Assembly (NCBI GenBank): GCA_965219385.1
Contig: CBDCNM010000001.1
Coordinates: forward strand, 484,631-548,630
Source: Candidatus Latescibacterota bacterium
GTDB taxonomy: Bacteria > Latescibacterota > UBA2968 > UBA8231
DNA length: 64,000 bases
Direction of reading: 5' to 3'
In this document: piece by piece, positions 48,058 through 57,260 of the stretch
Numbering within the stretch: position 1 is the first letter of the stretch
Layout: each line of letters starts with the position of its first letter
Notes under the pieces: model-generated
Told to the model about the DNA's origin: nothing
What the model saw: the letters and a program-made list of their open reading frames with translations, nothing else
Database searches by the model: none
Translations under genes and position numbers: made by a program

Positions 48058-49081
48058 CCTGGTTTTATCGCGCCGACTTTACCTGGGGCTCGCCGCGCTG
48101 GTCCTGCTGGTGCTGATCGGTCTGAAGATCGCTCCCACGGACGAGATACAGCAGCATTTCGAGCGGGGCTACGCCTACAAGCAAAAGGGCATGAAGGCCC
48201 ATGCCATGCGCGAGTACCGCGCTGTCCTCGAGCGGCTTCCCGACCACCAGGATGCGCTGCTGGAACTGGCGGCCCTGTACAGCGAGGAAAAGCAGTACGA
48301 CCGCGCTCTGAAAATCTATCGCACTTTTCTCGAGTTCTATCCGGAGGCGGCGCTGGTCCGCTTTCTGCAGGGGAATGCCTATGTGGAGAGCCAGCGCTAC
48401 GAGGATGCCATCTCAGCGTACGAAGAAATCGCTCCGTCGAGGCCGCAATGGGCTGCTCTGTGGGGGCGTCTGGGGTACGCCTATTCCATGGTCGGCCAGT
48501 TCGAGCAGGCTGCTGGGGCTTATCGCCGAACCCTGAAAACCAATCCGGACTCCAGCCTGGTACGCTATCAATTAGCCCGTCTCTACCAGGACCAGGAAAA
48601 TATAGAAGCAGCCATTAAAGAATTCCTTATCCTGCTGGAGGGAGCCCCGGACAACCACGATTTTCACACCCGCCTGGCGGATCTCTTGATTAAACAGGAA
48701 GAAGCCGGAAAGGAGACCTTTGGGCTGGAGTCAACCCCGGTGACCCGGACAGCGGAAAAGCATCTCCAGCTGGCCATTCAGCTAAGTCCGGGTTATGTGT
48801 ACTCCCGCTGGAGTATGGGGTTTCTGCTGGCCCGTCAGAGTCGCTATATCGAAGCTATTGGGCACTTTGAAAAGATCCTGGAACTGACTCCCCTGGATCA
48901 TCGGGTGCACGGTTGCCTGGGAAACCTCTACGAGCGCAGCGGAAATGAAGAGAAGTCCAGGCAGCATTTCACTGCCTATGCCCGGGCCGAACGGGGGCAG
49001 CAGCTTCAGAGCAGGGCGAAAGCCGAGTTCGAAAGGACCCTGGAGAGGCTGAGGGCTTCACTGGGTTCTCGAGCCCGGTAA
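48032..49081 (+). CDS. Membrane-anchored TPR repeat protein (start uncertain)
   Basis: N-terminal hydrophobic helix followed by repeated LG.AY...G.FE.A...Y...L...P units. Confidence 0.8.
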   Translation: MRCMQVWSSLVLSRRLYLGLAALVLLVLIGLKIAPTDEIQQHFERGYAYKQKGMKAHAMREYRAVLERLPDHQDALLELAALYSEEKQYDRALKIYRTFLEFYPEAALVRFLQGNAYVESQRYEDAISAYEEIAPSRPQWAALWGRLGYAYSMVGQFEQAAGAYRRTLKTNPDSSLVRYQLARLYQDQENIEAAIKEFLILLEGAPDNHDFHTRLADLLIKQEEAGKETFGLESTPVTRTAEKHLQLAIQLSPGYVYSRWSMGFLLARQSRYIEAIGHFEKILELTPLDHRVHGCLGNLYERSGNEEKSRQHFTAYARAERGQQLQSRAKAEFERTLERLRASLGSRAR

Positions 49082-49099
49082 TTTTTTCTGCGGTGTATA

Positions 49100-49136
49100 A
49101 AATTACTTGACAACCGCTGTTTTTTTGAATTATTTT
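49100..49136 (+). promoter_or_regulatory. Sigma70 promoter with 14-bp AAATTACTTGACAA element
   Basis: TTGACA(49107)-N18-TATTTT in an AT-rich intergenic region. Confidence 0.55.
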
Positions 49137-49324
49137 TATAGTTGCAATTAATGGAAGATTTGTTCCGTTTTTTAATATAAACAATTGTTTATATTGCGGT
49201 TTATCTTTTCAATCCGAGATCGGGTCTGCAACCTCAAGAAAGAAAGGAGGGGCCTAGAGCGGTTTACAATTATCCGTATTAGTTCGTTCATCGTTCATTT
49301 TCACCATCTAAGGAGGTTTTTTAA

Positions 49325-50197
49325 GTGAAAAAATTAATCGTATTAGCTCTTGTAGTGGGTCTTGCTGCCATGGCAGGGGCTCACAAGCCTGAAGGTGAGT
49401 TGTACTTCGCGTTTCAATTTCTTGATGAGTCCATACCCGTCCAGGATGGACATTTTGACGACTGGGCCTTCGTTCCGGGGACATATAGTATAACGAGTGA
49501 GGACCTCTTCTCTCCGTCCAAGAGTATCCGGGATGTGGGACGGGGCGAATTTGACCCCAGCGATGTCAATATCCATCACCGGTGGGGCTGGAACCCCAAC
49601 ACTGACTGGGTGTATCTCGCCACCTCAATATTCGATAACCACCACAATATCGATCGCGATGGTGGGCCTGGAATTATGTGGCAGGATGATTCAATAGAAA
49701 TACGGTTAAATCCTCAAGCAGTCCCGGCGGAAGAGCAAAACGTGGAAGGCGAGCCCCTGAACTTCATTAATTACCACTACGCTATACCACCGTTGGATGG
49801 GGTGCACGAGAATATTCCGCCGGCTCCCGAGTGGTTGTATGCTGGGTCTGATTACGTCAGCTTCGGCTGGAGCTTTGATGGCGAAATGCTCGGTGATGGT
49901 GACTCCACTTATCGCTATGAATTCGGGGCAGCGCCCATCGCGGCCTTGGCGGACACGCCCGAGGACACCGAGTTTGCCGATCTGGAAGAAGACGATGTCA
50001 TCCATATCAATATAACTATGCCCGACCTTGATGCGCCTCAACCAGCCACCTACAATGGTTTCTGGGCTGTATCGCCCGGGCCCGGGAACAATCCCGAGGT
50101 CGACCTTGTTATGAATATACTGGAAGATGTCGAACAAACGGCGACGGCGGTCGAAGACGTCAGCTGGGGCATGATCAAGGCCGGTCTTTCCGAGTAA
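49325..50197 (+). CDS. Secreted acidic protein, DOMON/CBM9-like, with C-terminal TAVEDVSWGMIKA motif
   Basis: TAAGGAGG RBS, GTG start, signal peptide; DGHFDDW..WGWN..WQDDSIEI..YEF pattern. Confidence 0.65.
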   Translation: MKKLIVLALVVGLAAMAGAHKPEGELYFAFQFLDESIPVQDGHFDDWAFVPGTYSITSEDLFSPSKSIRDVGRGEFDPSDVNIHHRWGWNPNTDWVYLATSIFDNHHNIDRDGGPGIMWQDDSIEIRLNPQAVPAEEQNVEGEPLNFINYHYAIPPLDGVHENIPPAPEWLYAGSDYVSFGWSFDGEMLGDGDSTYRYEFGAAPIAALADTPEDTEFADLEEDDVIHINITMPDLDAPQPATYNGFWAVSPGPGNNPEVDLVMNILEDVEQTATAVEDVSWGMIKAGLSE

Positions 50198-50225
50198 GAT
50201 TTCAGCCTTCAGATCATTACAGTCA

Positions 50226-50257
50226 GTCCCTGTATCTTTGATACAGGGGCTTTTTTT
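50226..50257 (+). terminator. Rho-independent terminator
   Basis: GTCCCTGTATC-TTT-GATACAGGGGC followed by T7, between convergent genes. Confidence 0.88.
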
Positions 50258-50301
50258 GTGCTGTCTGGGGTCGGCTAGACAGAGTGGATTGTGCTACATT
50301 T

Positions 50302-52410
50302 TTAATAAGCCAGGGCGATGACCTGTGATTGCTCGGCGTCGGCCGCATCTCCGTTGACCTCGATGCGCACAATGTACAGGCCCGGGGCCAGCAAGCGCCC
50401 CTGGGCGTCGCGGCCGTCCCAGGATTTGTCCCGGTAGCGGCCCGTGCCTTCCGGGGCGTCGTACACCACCCGCATCAGACGACCACTCAGATCGTACACG
50501 CCGATCTTGACCGGCCGAGGCGCGGACAGCGACAGCAGGTTGTAGCGCACAAAAAGCTGGTCATTGCGGCCATCGCCGTTGGGGGTGAAAGGGTTGGGCG
50601 CCAGTTCCACCTTGTCGAGCAGGTGGCCGCCTTCGAGCACCGAGGGGCTCAGCACCGTGGTGCCGGAAAAGTCGGGATCATCGTCGGCGCCCAGCGAGGC
50701 GACATTGCCCGGGGTTACCGTCTGAAAGGCGGCTTGTTCGCCGGCGAGCCGGATCGAGGCGGCGAAATCGGTGCTGTAGCTGAGGACCTCGGTGGCAAAG
50801 CGGACCTGTACCCGGGTGTTGTTTTCCCGGACCAGGGGAAAGCGCAGGGTGAATCGGTTCTCCTCTACCGAGACAATCTTGAACCCATTGATTGCGGTCG
50901 TGTCTTCCAGGCTGGTAAATTCACGTTCGGCAAGAAGCTGGCCATCTCCATCCCACAGCTGTATGGCCTCGATGCGTTCCACCCGGGCCGGGGTGGGAAT
51001 CTCTATGGTGTCAAACCCGGTCAGCCCGGGCGTCTGCATGATGGCCTGCACAGCAAAGGTGAAAGGCAAGGTCTGGGACACCTCGACCTGGCGCGGAAAA
51101 ATCTCCCCTTTGAGCGCGTCGGCCAGGGGCGGGGTCGCAAAGTCAAAGCTGAGGGCTTTCAACACCCGAGCCGCGTCCAGATCGGTGCTTGTGAAAATCA
51201 CCTGGAACTGGAAATAGCGGCGCGGACTGGGAGAGATGATGGGGATGCCCGGGCCATTGACCGCCTCCTCTGGATAGGGCGAACTGAAGGGACTCCAGTT
51301 GACCAGGTCGTCTCTGATCAGGCCGGGTACCCAGTCGCGGCCGGCCTCGTCGGCTCGGGGCAGGCTCTGGTATTCGACCAGGTCCATCTCCTCGGTGAGG
51401 CTGTTGAGGGCATAGGGGATCTCCTCGGGATTGCGCTGGCCCCGCAGCATGCGAGTGAACACAAAGGGGGAGACATCGGTGCCGGTGCGGGTGCGTATGT
51501 CCAGGTTGGAGAATTTGGGATCGCCGACTATTTCTTCGGCCCAGCGCAGGTTGGTCCAGGCCGCCGGCTGGCCGGCATCGAATATATCCGAGATGTAGCG
51601 GGCCGTGGTCAGGAAGCCGCGGCCGAAGATCTCGATTTCGTCGATTTCCCAGCTGATGGTAGTGATGGAGCGCATGCGGATGTGCTGGACAATGCGCGGC
51701 GGGTCCAGTTGTACCTCGACGACCGGATTTTCGTTGTCCTTTTCGACGATGAGGGGCTGCCAGATGGGATTGCCCAGTTTGGTTAGATTGACGCCATCGT
51801 TGGTGAAAAGTTCAAAGGCCCTCATATAGTCGTCTTCGAAGGGGGTGGTGGGGGAGCGTTGGATCGGGGAATTGCGGGGGTAGAAGCGGATGCGATCTAC
51901 GCCGAAGCGGCCCCCGAGGTCGAGGAGCAGGATGATCCCGAAGCCATTGAAGTTCTTGCGCTCGAATGCGGCTGTTTCACCGCCCTCCTCATCGGAGAGG
52001 AGTTCCCGCAGAGTGCTGTTGATACTGGCTATCGAACCGCTCAAGCCGTACGGATTGTCGTGCTCGACGGTCACATTGGGCGAGCTTATACTGCCGCCCC
52101 GGTCGATCGTGCCAGCGGCTATGTTTTTGCCTTCCTCGATATTCAGGAGATGGATGCTGTTGGGGAAGTCCTTACTCTGGAATTCGAGCTGGTTACCGGG
52201 GGCATTGCCCTGCACAAGGTCGTTGAGATCGAAGAAGGAGCGATGCAGGGCCTCAATAGTCTCGACCGGGGCTACGCCTTCGCCGTGCCAGTCCAGCTGG
52301 CCGCCCTGGCCTATGGTGACGGTCTCCAGGGCCGGAGTCCAGTTAGAGGTGAGGATGATAAACCCTGAAACAATCGGGAGAAAGCCGGGAGAACCACTTG
52401 ATCTGGTCAT
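50302..52410 (-). CDS. Secreted protein with C-terminal FTPNGDG domain, paralogue 3
   Basis: RIRFYPR, RTRTG, WSPFS, ISPSPRRYFQ, EIFP, GFD, PNPFTPNGDGRND..WDGRD..PGLYI. Confidence 0.75.
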   Translation of the reverse strand: MTRSSGSPGFLPIVSGFIILTSNWTPALETVTIGQGGQLDWHGEGVAPVETIEALHRSFFDLNDLVQGNAPGNQLEFQSKDFPNSIHLLNIEEGKNIAAGTIDRGGSISSPNVTVEHDNPYGLSGSIASINSTLRELLSDEEGGETAAFERKNFNGFGIILLLDLGGRFGVDRIRFYPRNSPIQRSPTTPFEDDYMRAFELFTNDGVNLTKLGNPIWQPLIVEKDNENPVVEVQLDPPRIVQHIRMRSITTISWEIDEIEIFGRGFLTTARYISDIFDAGQPAAWTNLRWAEEIVGDPKFSNLDIRTRTGTDVSPFVFTRMLRGQRNPEEIPYALNSLTEEMDLVEYQSLPRADEAGRDWVPGLIRDDLVNWSPFSSPYPEEAVNGPGIPIISPSPRRYFQFQVIFTSTDLDAARVLKALSFDFATPPLADALKGEIFPRQVEVSQTLPFTFAVQAIMQTPGLTGFDTIEIPTPARVERIEAIQLWDGDGQLLAEREFTSLEDTTAINGFKIVSVEENRFTLRFPLVRENNTRVQVRFATEVLSYSTDFAASIRLAGEQAAFQTVTPGNVASLGADDDPDFSGTTVLSPSVLEGGHLLDKVELAPNPFTPNGDGRNDQLFVRYNLLSLSAPRPVKIGVYDLSGRLMRVVYDAPEGTGRYRDKSWDGRDAQGRLLAPGLYIVRIEVNGDAADAEQSQVIALAY

Positions 52411-52447
52411 GATGCCACTCCGTTTTTAAAGGAAAAGTGTACAGTGC

Positions 52448-52477
52448 AAAATACAAATTTTTTACAGGGTTTGTCAA
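52448..52477 (-). promoter_or_regulatory. Sigma70 promoter for paralogue 3
   Basis: Minus strand TTGACA-N18-TATTTT. Confidence 0.5.
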
Positions 52478-52645
52478 GAACGGGAGGCCTGGACAAACCA
52501 CTGCCATCCAGCAGTGAAACCGGTGGTTGTCCGAATGATCCGAATGAATGGAACGCAGTATTTTGTCTAAATGTCAGCCATGCAAGGCAATTGGTTGGTG
52601 GGATGAACCTGGCGCGATCTCCTCTTAATGACCAGTTTCTGACTC

Positions 52646-54301
52646 ATGTCAAAATTGAAATTAGCCTGTCTCTCTCTCCAAAAAAGACTGAAGTCAATTC
52701 CTTCGCACAGCTGGGCTTTCAGTGGGTTGGTCCTCACCATGCTGGGAGCTGTCTGTTTTTTATTCCAGGACTTTGGCATTACCTGGGACGAGCCCAATCA
52801 GCATCAATACGGCAAATACGTTTTACAATATTACGAAACCTTCTTCGCGGATAAATCCTCTCTGACGTTTCTGGATGCCTATCTTTACGGGGCGCTCTTT
52901 GATTCGATTGCGGCTCTCGTGGTGCGTTTATTGCCTTTCGGGGAGTTCGAGACCCGTCACTTGCTGAATGCCCTGGTGGGAATAATCGGCATCGTCGGCG
53001 CCGGGAAACTGGCCCATTTGCTGGCCGGGTACAGGGCCGCCTTCCTCGCGGCCTTGCTGTTGTTCCTGGAGCCATCCTATTTTGGTCACATGTTCAACAA
53101 TCCCAAGGACATCCCCTTTGCCGTCGGTTATATCTGGTCGCTGTATTTCCTGCTCAAAAGTCTGGCATACCTGCCCAATGTCCCAGCAAGTTTGATCGCC
53201 AAGCTGGGAGGGGCGATCGGCCTGACCCTCGGGGTGCGGATCGGGGGGCTGGTGGTGCTGGCCTACCTGGGGCTGGCCGTGGGGCTGTACTGTGCTTTCC
53301 CCGCCTGGTTTGCGCCCGGAGCATCTGCGGGATTGCGCCCGGCCCGCTGGTACAAGGCGCTGGCCCAATCCGTCCTGGGGGTATTTTTGGTGGCCTATAT
53401 CGCGATGCTGGTCTTCTGGCCCTGGGCCCAGCAAAATCCCTTGCTGCGGCCCTTTGAGGCCCTGGAATACATGTCCCAATTTCGCATCCAGGATTCGGGT
53501 TTGCTGGCCAAGGTGCTGATCGGCGGCGAGTACCTCAACGCCAAAGAGTTGCCGGCCACCTACCAGCCGCATTACTTTGCGGTCAAAATGCCGGAGTTGA
53601 TCCTGGTGGGCCTGGGTCTGGGCGCGGCCATGGCGGCCTTTTTTCTGGTGGCCGGAAAAGCAAAAGCGCAGAAACTGCAAACCACCCGGTACGCTTTGCT
53701 GGTCTTTGCCATTGTTTTTCCCCTGGTTTATGTGGTGGTGAAAAAGTCGGTGTTCTACGATACCCTGCGGCACTTTCTATTCGTCGTGCCCTGCCTCTGT
53801 GTCATCAGCGGGATTGCGCTGGCCAGGGTGCTGGACAGGCTGGCAAGGGGAGGGGCATGGCGCCGAGGTGTTGCGGGCATTTGTCTGGTTGTGGTCCTGC
53901 TGCCCCAGGCCCATGCCCTTTTCCGCTTGCACCCGCACCAGTACGTGTATTACAATCAGTTTGCCGGGGGGCTCGAAGGCGCCAGCGGGCGCTACGAAAT
54001 GGACTACTGGGGCAATTCCTACAAGGAGGCAGTGGAACTATTGAACGCCTATTTGCAGCGAACGGAGAGGGCTGGGTTCCACCAGAGGGTATACCGGATA
54101 TGGGTGGTGGGTCCGGAGGAATCGGCTTCCTATTACTTCCCCGACCACTTCAAGTTGACCCGGACCCCTCGCGGCGCTGATTTCGCCATCAGTTTCACGC
54201 GCTGGGAGCTGGATGAAAGGGTCCGGGGAACGACTATTGCCGCGGTGGAGCGGATGGAGGTTAAATTGTCCGTGGTCAAGGATCTCAGAAGGCCGAATTA
54301 A
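52646..54301 (+). CDS. ArnT/PMT-like (GT-C fold) membrane glycosyltransferase
   Basis: GITWDE, FGHMFNNPKDIPFA, RHFLF, HPHQYVYYN, YEMDYWG; many TM helices. Confidence 0.8.
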   Translation: MSKLKLACLSLQKRLKSIPSHSWAFSGLVLTMLGAVCFLFQDFGITWDEPNQHQYGKYVLQYYETFFADKSSLTFLDAYLYGALFDSIAALVVRLLPFGEFETRHLLNALVGIIGIVGAGKLAHLLAGYRAAFLAALLLFLEPSYFGHMFNNPKDIPFAVGYIWSLYFLLKSLAYLPNVPASLIAKLGGAIGLTLGVRIGGLVVLAYLGLAVGLYCAFPAWFAPGASAGLRPARWYKALAQSVLGVFLVAYIAMLVFWPWAQQNPLLRPFEALEYMSQFRIQDSGLLAKVLIGGEYLNAKELPATYQPHYFAVKMPELILVGLGLGAAMAAFFLVAGKAKAQKLQTTRYALLVFAIVFPLVYVVVKKSVFYDTLRHFLFVVPCLCVISGIALARVLDRLARGGAWRRGVAGICLVVVLLPQAHALFRLHPHQYVYYNQFAGGLEGASGRYEMDYWGNSYKEAVELLNAYLQRTERAGFHQRVYRIWVVGPEESASYYFPDHFKLTRTPRGADFAISFTRWELDERVRGTTIAAVERMEVKLSVVKDLRRPN

Positions 54302-54307
54302 GATTCA

Positions 54308-57184
54308 ATGAGAACACGGCCGGCACACAGGCACTGGTTAAAGGTGTTTGCCCTGATTGGGGCCGTGGGGTGTTCTCCCGGCCAGGATCAGGTGCCCGCA
54401 CCTGTTGAGGAGGATGGAAGAGTGACGGTGGGCCCAGGGATCCGGTTCGTGGATGTGAGCGCGGAATCCGGTCTGGACTTCACCCATGTTTCCGGCAGCC
54501 CGGAACAGCGCTACATCCTGGAGACCATGGCGGGGGGGGGAGGCTTTCTGGACTACGACGGAGACGGGTACCTGGATGTATTCATCGTCAACAGCACCCG
54601 GGAGGGGGAGCAGCCGCAAGGGGCCTTCAATCGGCTCTACCGCAATACCCAGGCCACAGCGGAGGACGGCCAGGAAGCGCGGGTGTTTCGGGAAGTGACC
54701 CAAGAGGCCGGATTGCAGCGCACGGGCTGGGGCATGGGCTGCGCTGCCGGGGACTACGACAACGACGGGGATGTGGATCTCTACATCACCTACTGGGGGC
54801 CCAATGTCCTCTATCGCAACGACGGGAACGGTGGTTTTACCGAAGTGACCAGGGAGGCCGGCGTGGGGGACGAGGGCTGGGGCTCCAGTGCGGCGTTCGG
54901 GGATGTGGATGGAGATGGCCTCCTGGACCTTTACGTGGGCAACTACCTGGTCTTTGACCTGGCGGATCCGCCCAACGGCGGCAAGCCCTGCACGGGTTTC
55001 AAGGGACTGGAGGGCTTCTGCGGACCCATGGGACTGGAGTCGCAGGTCGACGTGCTGTATCGCAATGAAGGGGGGGGACTTTTTGCGGATGTGAGCGGCT
55101 CGACGGGCGTGGATCAACACCGCTACCCGGCCTTGGGGGTGGTCTTCGGCGACTACGACGGGGACGGGGACCAGGATATCTACGTGGCCAATGATTCGGA
55201 GCCCAATCTGCTCTGGCGCAACGATGGGGACTGGCGTCTCAGCGAGGTGGCCGCCTTTGCCGGGGTGGCCTACAGCGAGGAGGGTCGGGCCCAGGCCGGC
55301 ATGGGGGTGGACTTTGGGGACTACGACAACGACGGGGATCTGGACCTCTACGTGACCAATTTTTCGGACGATGTCAACACCCTGTACCAGAACCAGGGCG
55401 ATGGCAGCTTTGTGGATGCCACGGCCGCGGTCGGCCTGGGGGGCGTGGTGCGGCCCTACCTGGGGTGGAGCACCGCCCTCTTTGACGCGGACAACGACGG
55501 CTGGCTGGACCTGTTCGTGGCCAATGGGCACCTCTACCCGCAGCTGGAAAAGCATCCCTCGGGGTTGCGCTACCCGCAGCGCAACCTGTTTTACTGGAAC
55601 GAAGGAGGGGTCTTTGGCCTGGCCGGGGCCGGCTCGGGACTGGAGGTGGAGAAGGTCAGCCGGGGGACCGCGTTCGGCGACTACGACAACGACGGAGACG
55701 TGGACTTGCTGGTGATGAACCTGAACGATACCCCGAGCTTGTTGCAAAACCAGGGGGGCAACCGCAACAACTGGTTGGGCCTGGACCTGGTGGGGGATGA
55801 AAGCAATCGCGATGCTCTGGGGGCCCGGGTGTCGGTTTTTGCCGGAGGGCGCAAGCAGATAAGGGAAGTGAAGCGCGGGTATGGCTACCAGTCCCAGCAC
55901 GATGGACGGGTGCTGTTCGGTCTGGGCCGGGAGGAAGAGGTAGAGCGGGTGGAGATCCACTGGCCCTCGGGAAAGGCCCAGGTCCTGGAGCGGCCCCCCC
56001 TGCGGGTCTACCTGAAGGTGGGGGAGGGCCTCCGGGAACCGGTGGCGAGCTACGGGACGGGGGAAGAGAAGGATTCAGGGGCTTTCCCCCTCGGCGAAGC
56101 CAGGGCGCCGGAACCAGAACCTGAAAACTACCTTGCCACGGCCGGAAAAGCCGACTGGAGTGCGGAAGACTATTACGAGAAGGGGGTGGAACTCCACGAG
56201 CAGGGCCGCTACGAGGAGGCCCTGCCCCTGTTGCGGGCGGCCATCCAGCAAGGTCCGGACTACACCGCGGCTTACTATTCCCTTGCAGTGACCCTGTATT
56301 CGGGTCTGGGGCGCAGCCAGGAGGCGGCCGGGTTGCTGGAACAGGTGGTGGCGCGGGATTCCTCCTGGGCGGATATTTTCGCCCTTCTGGGGGGGATCTA
56401 CATGAGCCTCAACCAGCTGGAACGAGCCATTCCAATGCTGGATCGGGCCGTGGTCCTGGATCCCGGAGCCTGGAAAAGCCGCAACCGGCTGGGGGTGGCC
56501 CATTTGCGCCGCGGGGATACGAAGCGGGCCGTGGCCGCGTTTCAGGGAGCTGTACAGGCAGCTCCATACGCCCCTGTCCCGCATTTGCACCTGTCCCGGA
56601 TATACGGAAGGTTGGGACGAGATGAGGCTGCCCGGCGCGAGCAGGCCTGGTTCGAGCGCCTGCGGCCGGTGCAGGGACAGATAGACAGCTACAAGGCCCA
56701 GCTCAAAGAGACCCCGGCCGACGCCGAACTGCACTACCTCCTCGGGCGCCAGTACCTCAAGCAGGGACGCCAGGCCGAAGCCCTATCGTGGTTTGCACGG
56801 GCGGTCGAGCTGGAGCCCGGGTACGGACTGGCGCACTACGGTGTGGGCGGCATGTACCATCGCCAGGGGAACCTGGAACAGGCTATCACAGCCTATGAGC
56901 GGGCCTATGAGGCCGACTCGAGCCTGGTTATGGCCCTCAACGACCTGGGGGTGGCCTATCGCCAGGCAGGCCGTTTGCAGGAAGCCATCGAGGTCTACCA
57001 GAAAGCCACCCGCCGGCGACCGGGTTGGGCCCGGATCCAGAGCAATTTGGGCCGGGCCTATGCCGAACAGGGCAAAAACCAGGAGGCGATCAGGGCCTAC
57101 CGCAAAGCCCTGGAACTCGACTCCACCTTGGTGCAGACCCGCAGGGACCTGGAACAACTCTACAAAGGACTGATGGGGAAATGA
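54308..57184 (+). CDS. CRTAC1-like FG-GAP/ASPIC-UnbV lipoprotein with C-terminal TPR repeats
   Basis: Repeated GDYDNDGDxD, SNRDALGARV..GYQSQ..LFGLG..WPSG, then TPR units. Confidence 0.9.
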   Translation: MRTRPAHRHWLKVFALIGAVGCSPGQDQVPAPVEEDGRVTVGPGIRFVDVSAESGLDFTHVSGSPEQRYILETMAGGGGFLDYDGDGYLDVFIVNSTREGEQPQGAFNRLYRNTQATAEDGQEARVFREVTQEAGLQRTGWGMGCAAGDYDNDGDVDLYITYWGPNVLYRNDGNGGFTEVTREAGVGDEGWGSSAAFGDVDGDGLLDLYVGNYLVFDLADPPNGGKPCTGFKGLEGFCGPMGLESQVDVLYRNEGGGLFADVSGSTGVDQHRYPALGVVFGDYDGDGDQDIYVANDSEPNLLWRNDGDWRLSEVAAFAGVAYSEEGRAQAGMGVDFGDYDNDGDLDLYVTNFSDDVNTLYQNQGDGSFVDATAAVGLGGVVRPYLGWSTALFDADNDGWLDLFVANGHLYPQLEKHPSGLRYPQRNLFYWNEGGVFGLAGAGSGLEVEKVSRGTAFGDYDNDGDVDLLVMNLNDTPSLLQNQGGNRNNWLGLDLVGDESNRDALGARVSVFAGGRKQIREVKRGYGYQSQHDGRVLFGLGREEEVERVEIHWPSGKAQVLERPPLRVYLKVGEGLREPVASYGTGEEKDSGAFPLGEARAPEPEPENYLATAGKADWSAEDYYEKGVELHEQGRYEEALPLLRAAIQQGPDYTAAYYSLAVTLYSGLGRSQEAAGLLEQVVARDSSWADIFALLGGIYMSLNQLERAIPMLDRAVVLDPGAWKSRNRLGVAHLRRGDTKRAVAAFQGAVQAAPYAPVPHLHLSRIYGRLGRDEAARREQAWFERLRPVQGQIDSYKAQLKETPADAELHYLLGRQYLKQGRQAEALSWFARAVELEPGYGLAHYGVGGMYHRQGNLEQAITAYERAYEADSSLVMALNDLGVAYRQAGRLQEAIEVYQKATRRRPGWARIQSNLGRAYAEQGKNQEAIRAYRKALELDSTLVQTRRDLEQLYKGLMGK

Positions 57185-57260
57185 TAGGGAAGGGCGACCG
57201 CCCGCGCATCCGGCGGATGATCTCCCGGCTGATCGAATTGGGTTTCGAGCCCGCGAAGAT

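Noticed and set aside
52491..52548. Hairpin GGACAAACCAC...GTGGTTGTCC and TCCGAATGA x2 in a divergent promoter region; considered c-di-GMP riboswitch
   Set aside because: Lacks the second stem and GCAAAG element of that class; single copy, no support.
54755..55710. Recurrent GACTACGACAACGACGG nucleotide repeats
   Set aside because: They encode FG-GAP GDYDNDG repeats of the CRTAC1-like protein.
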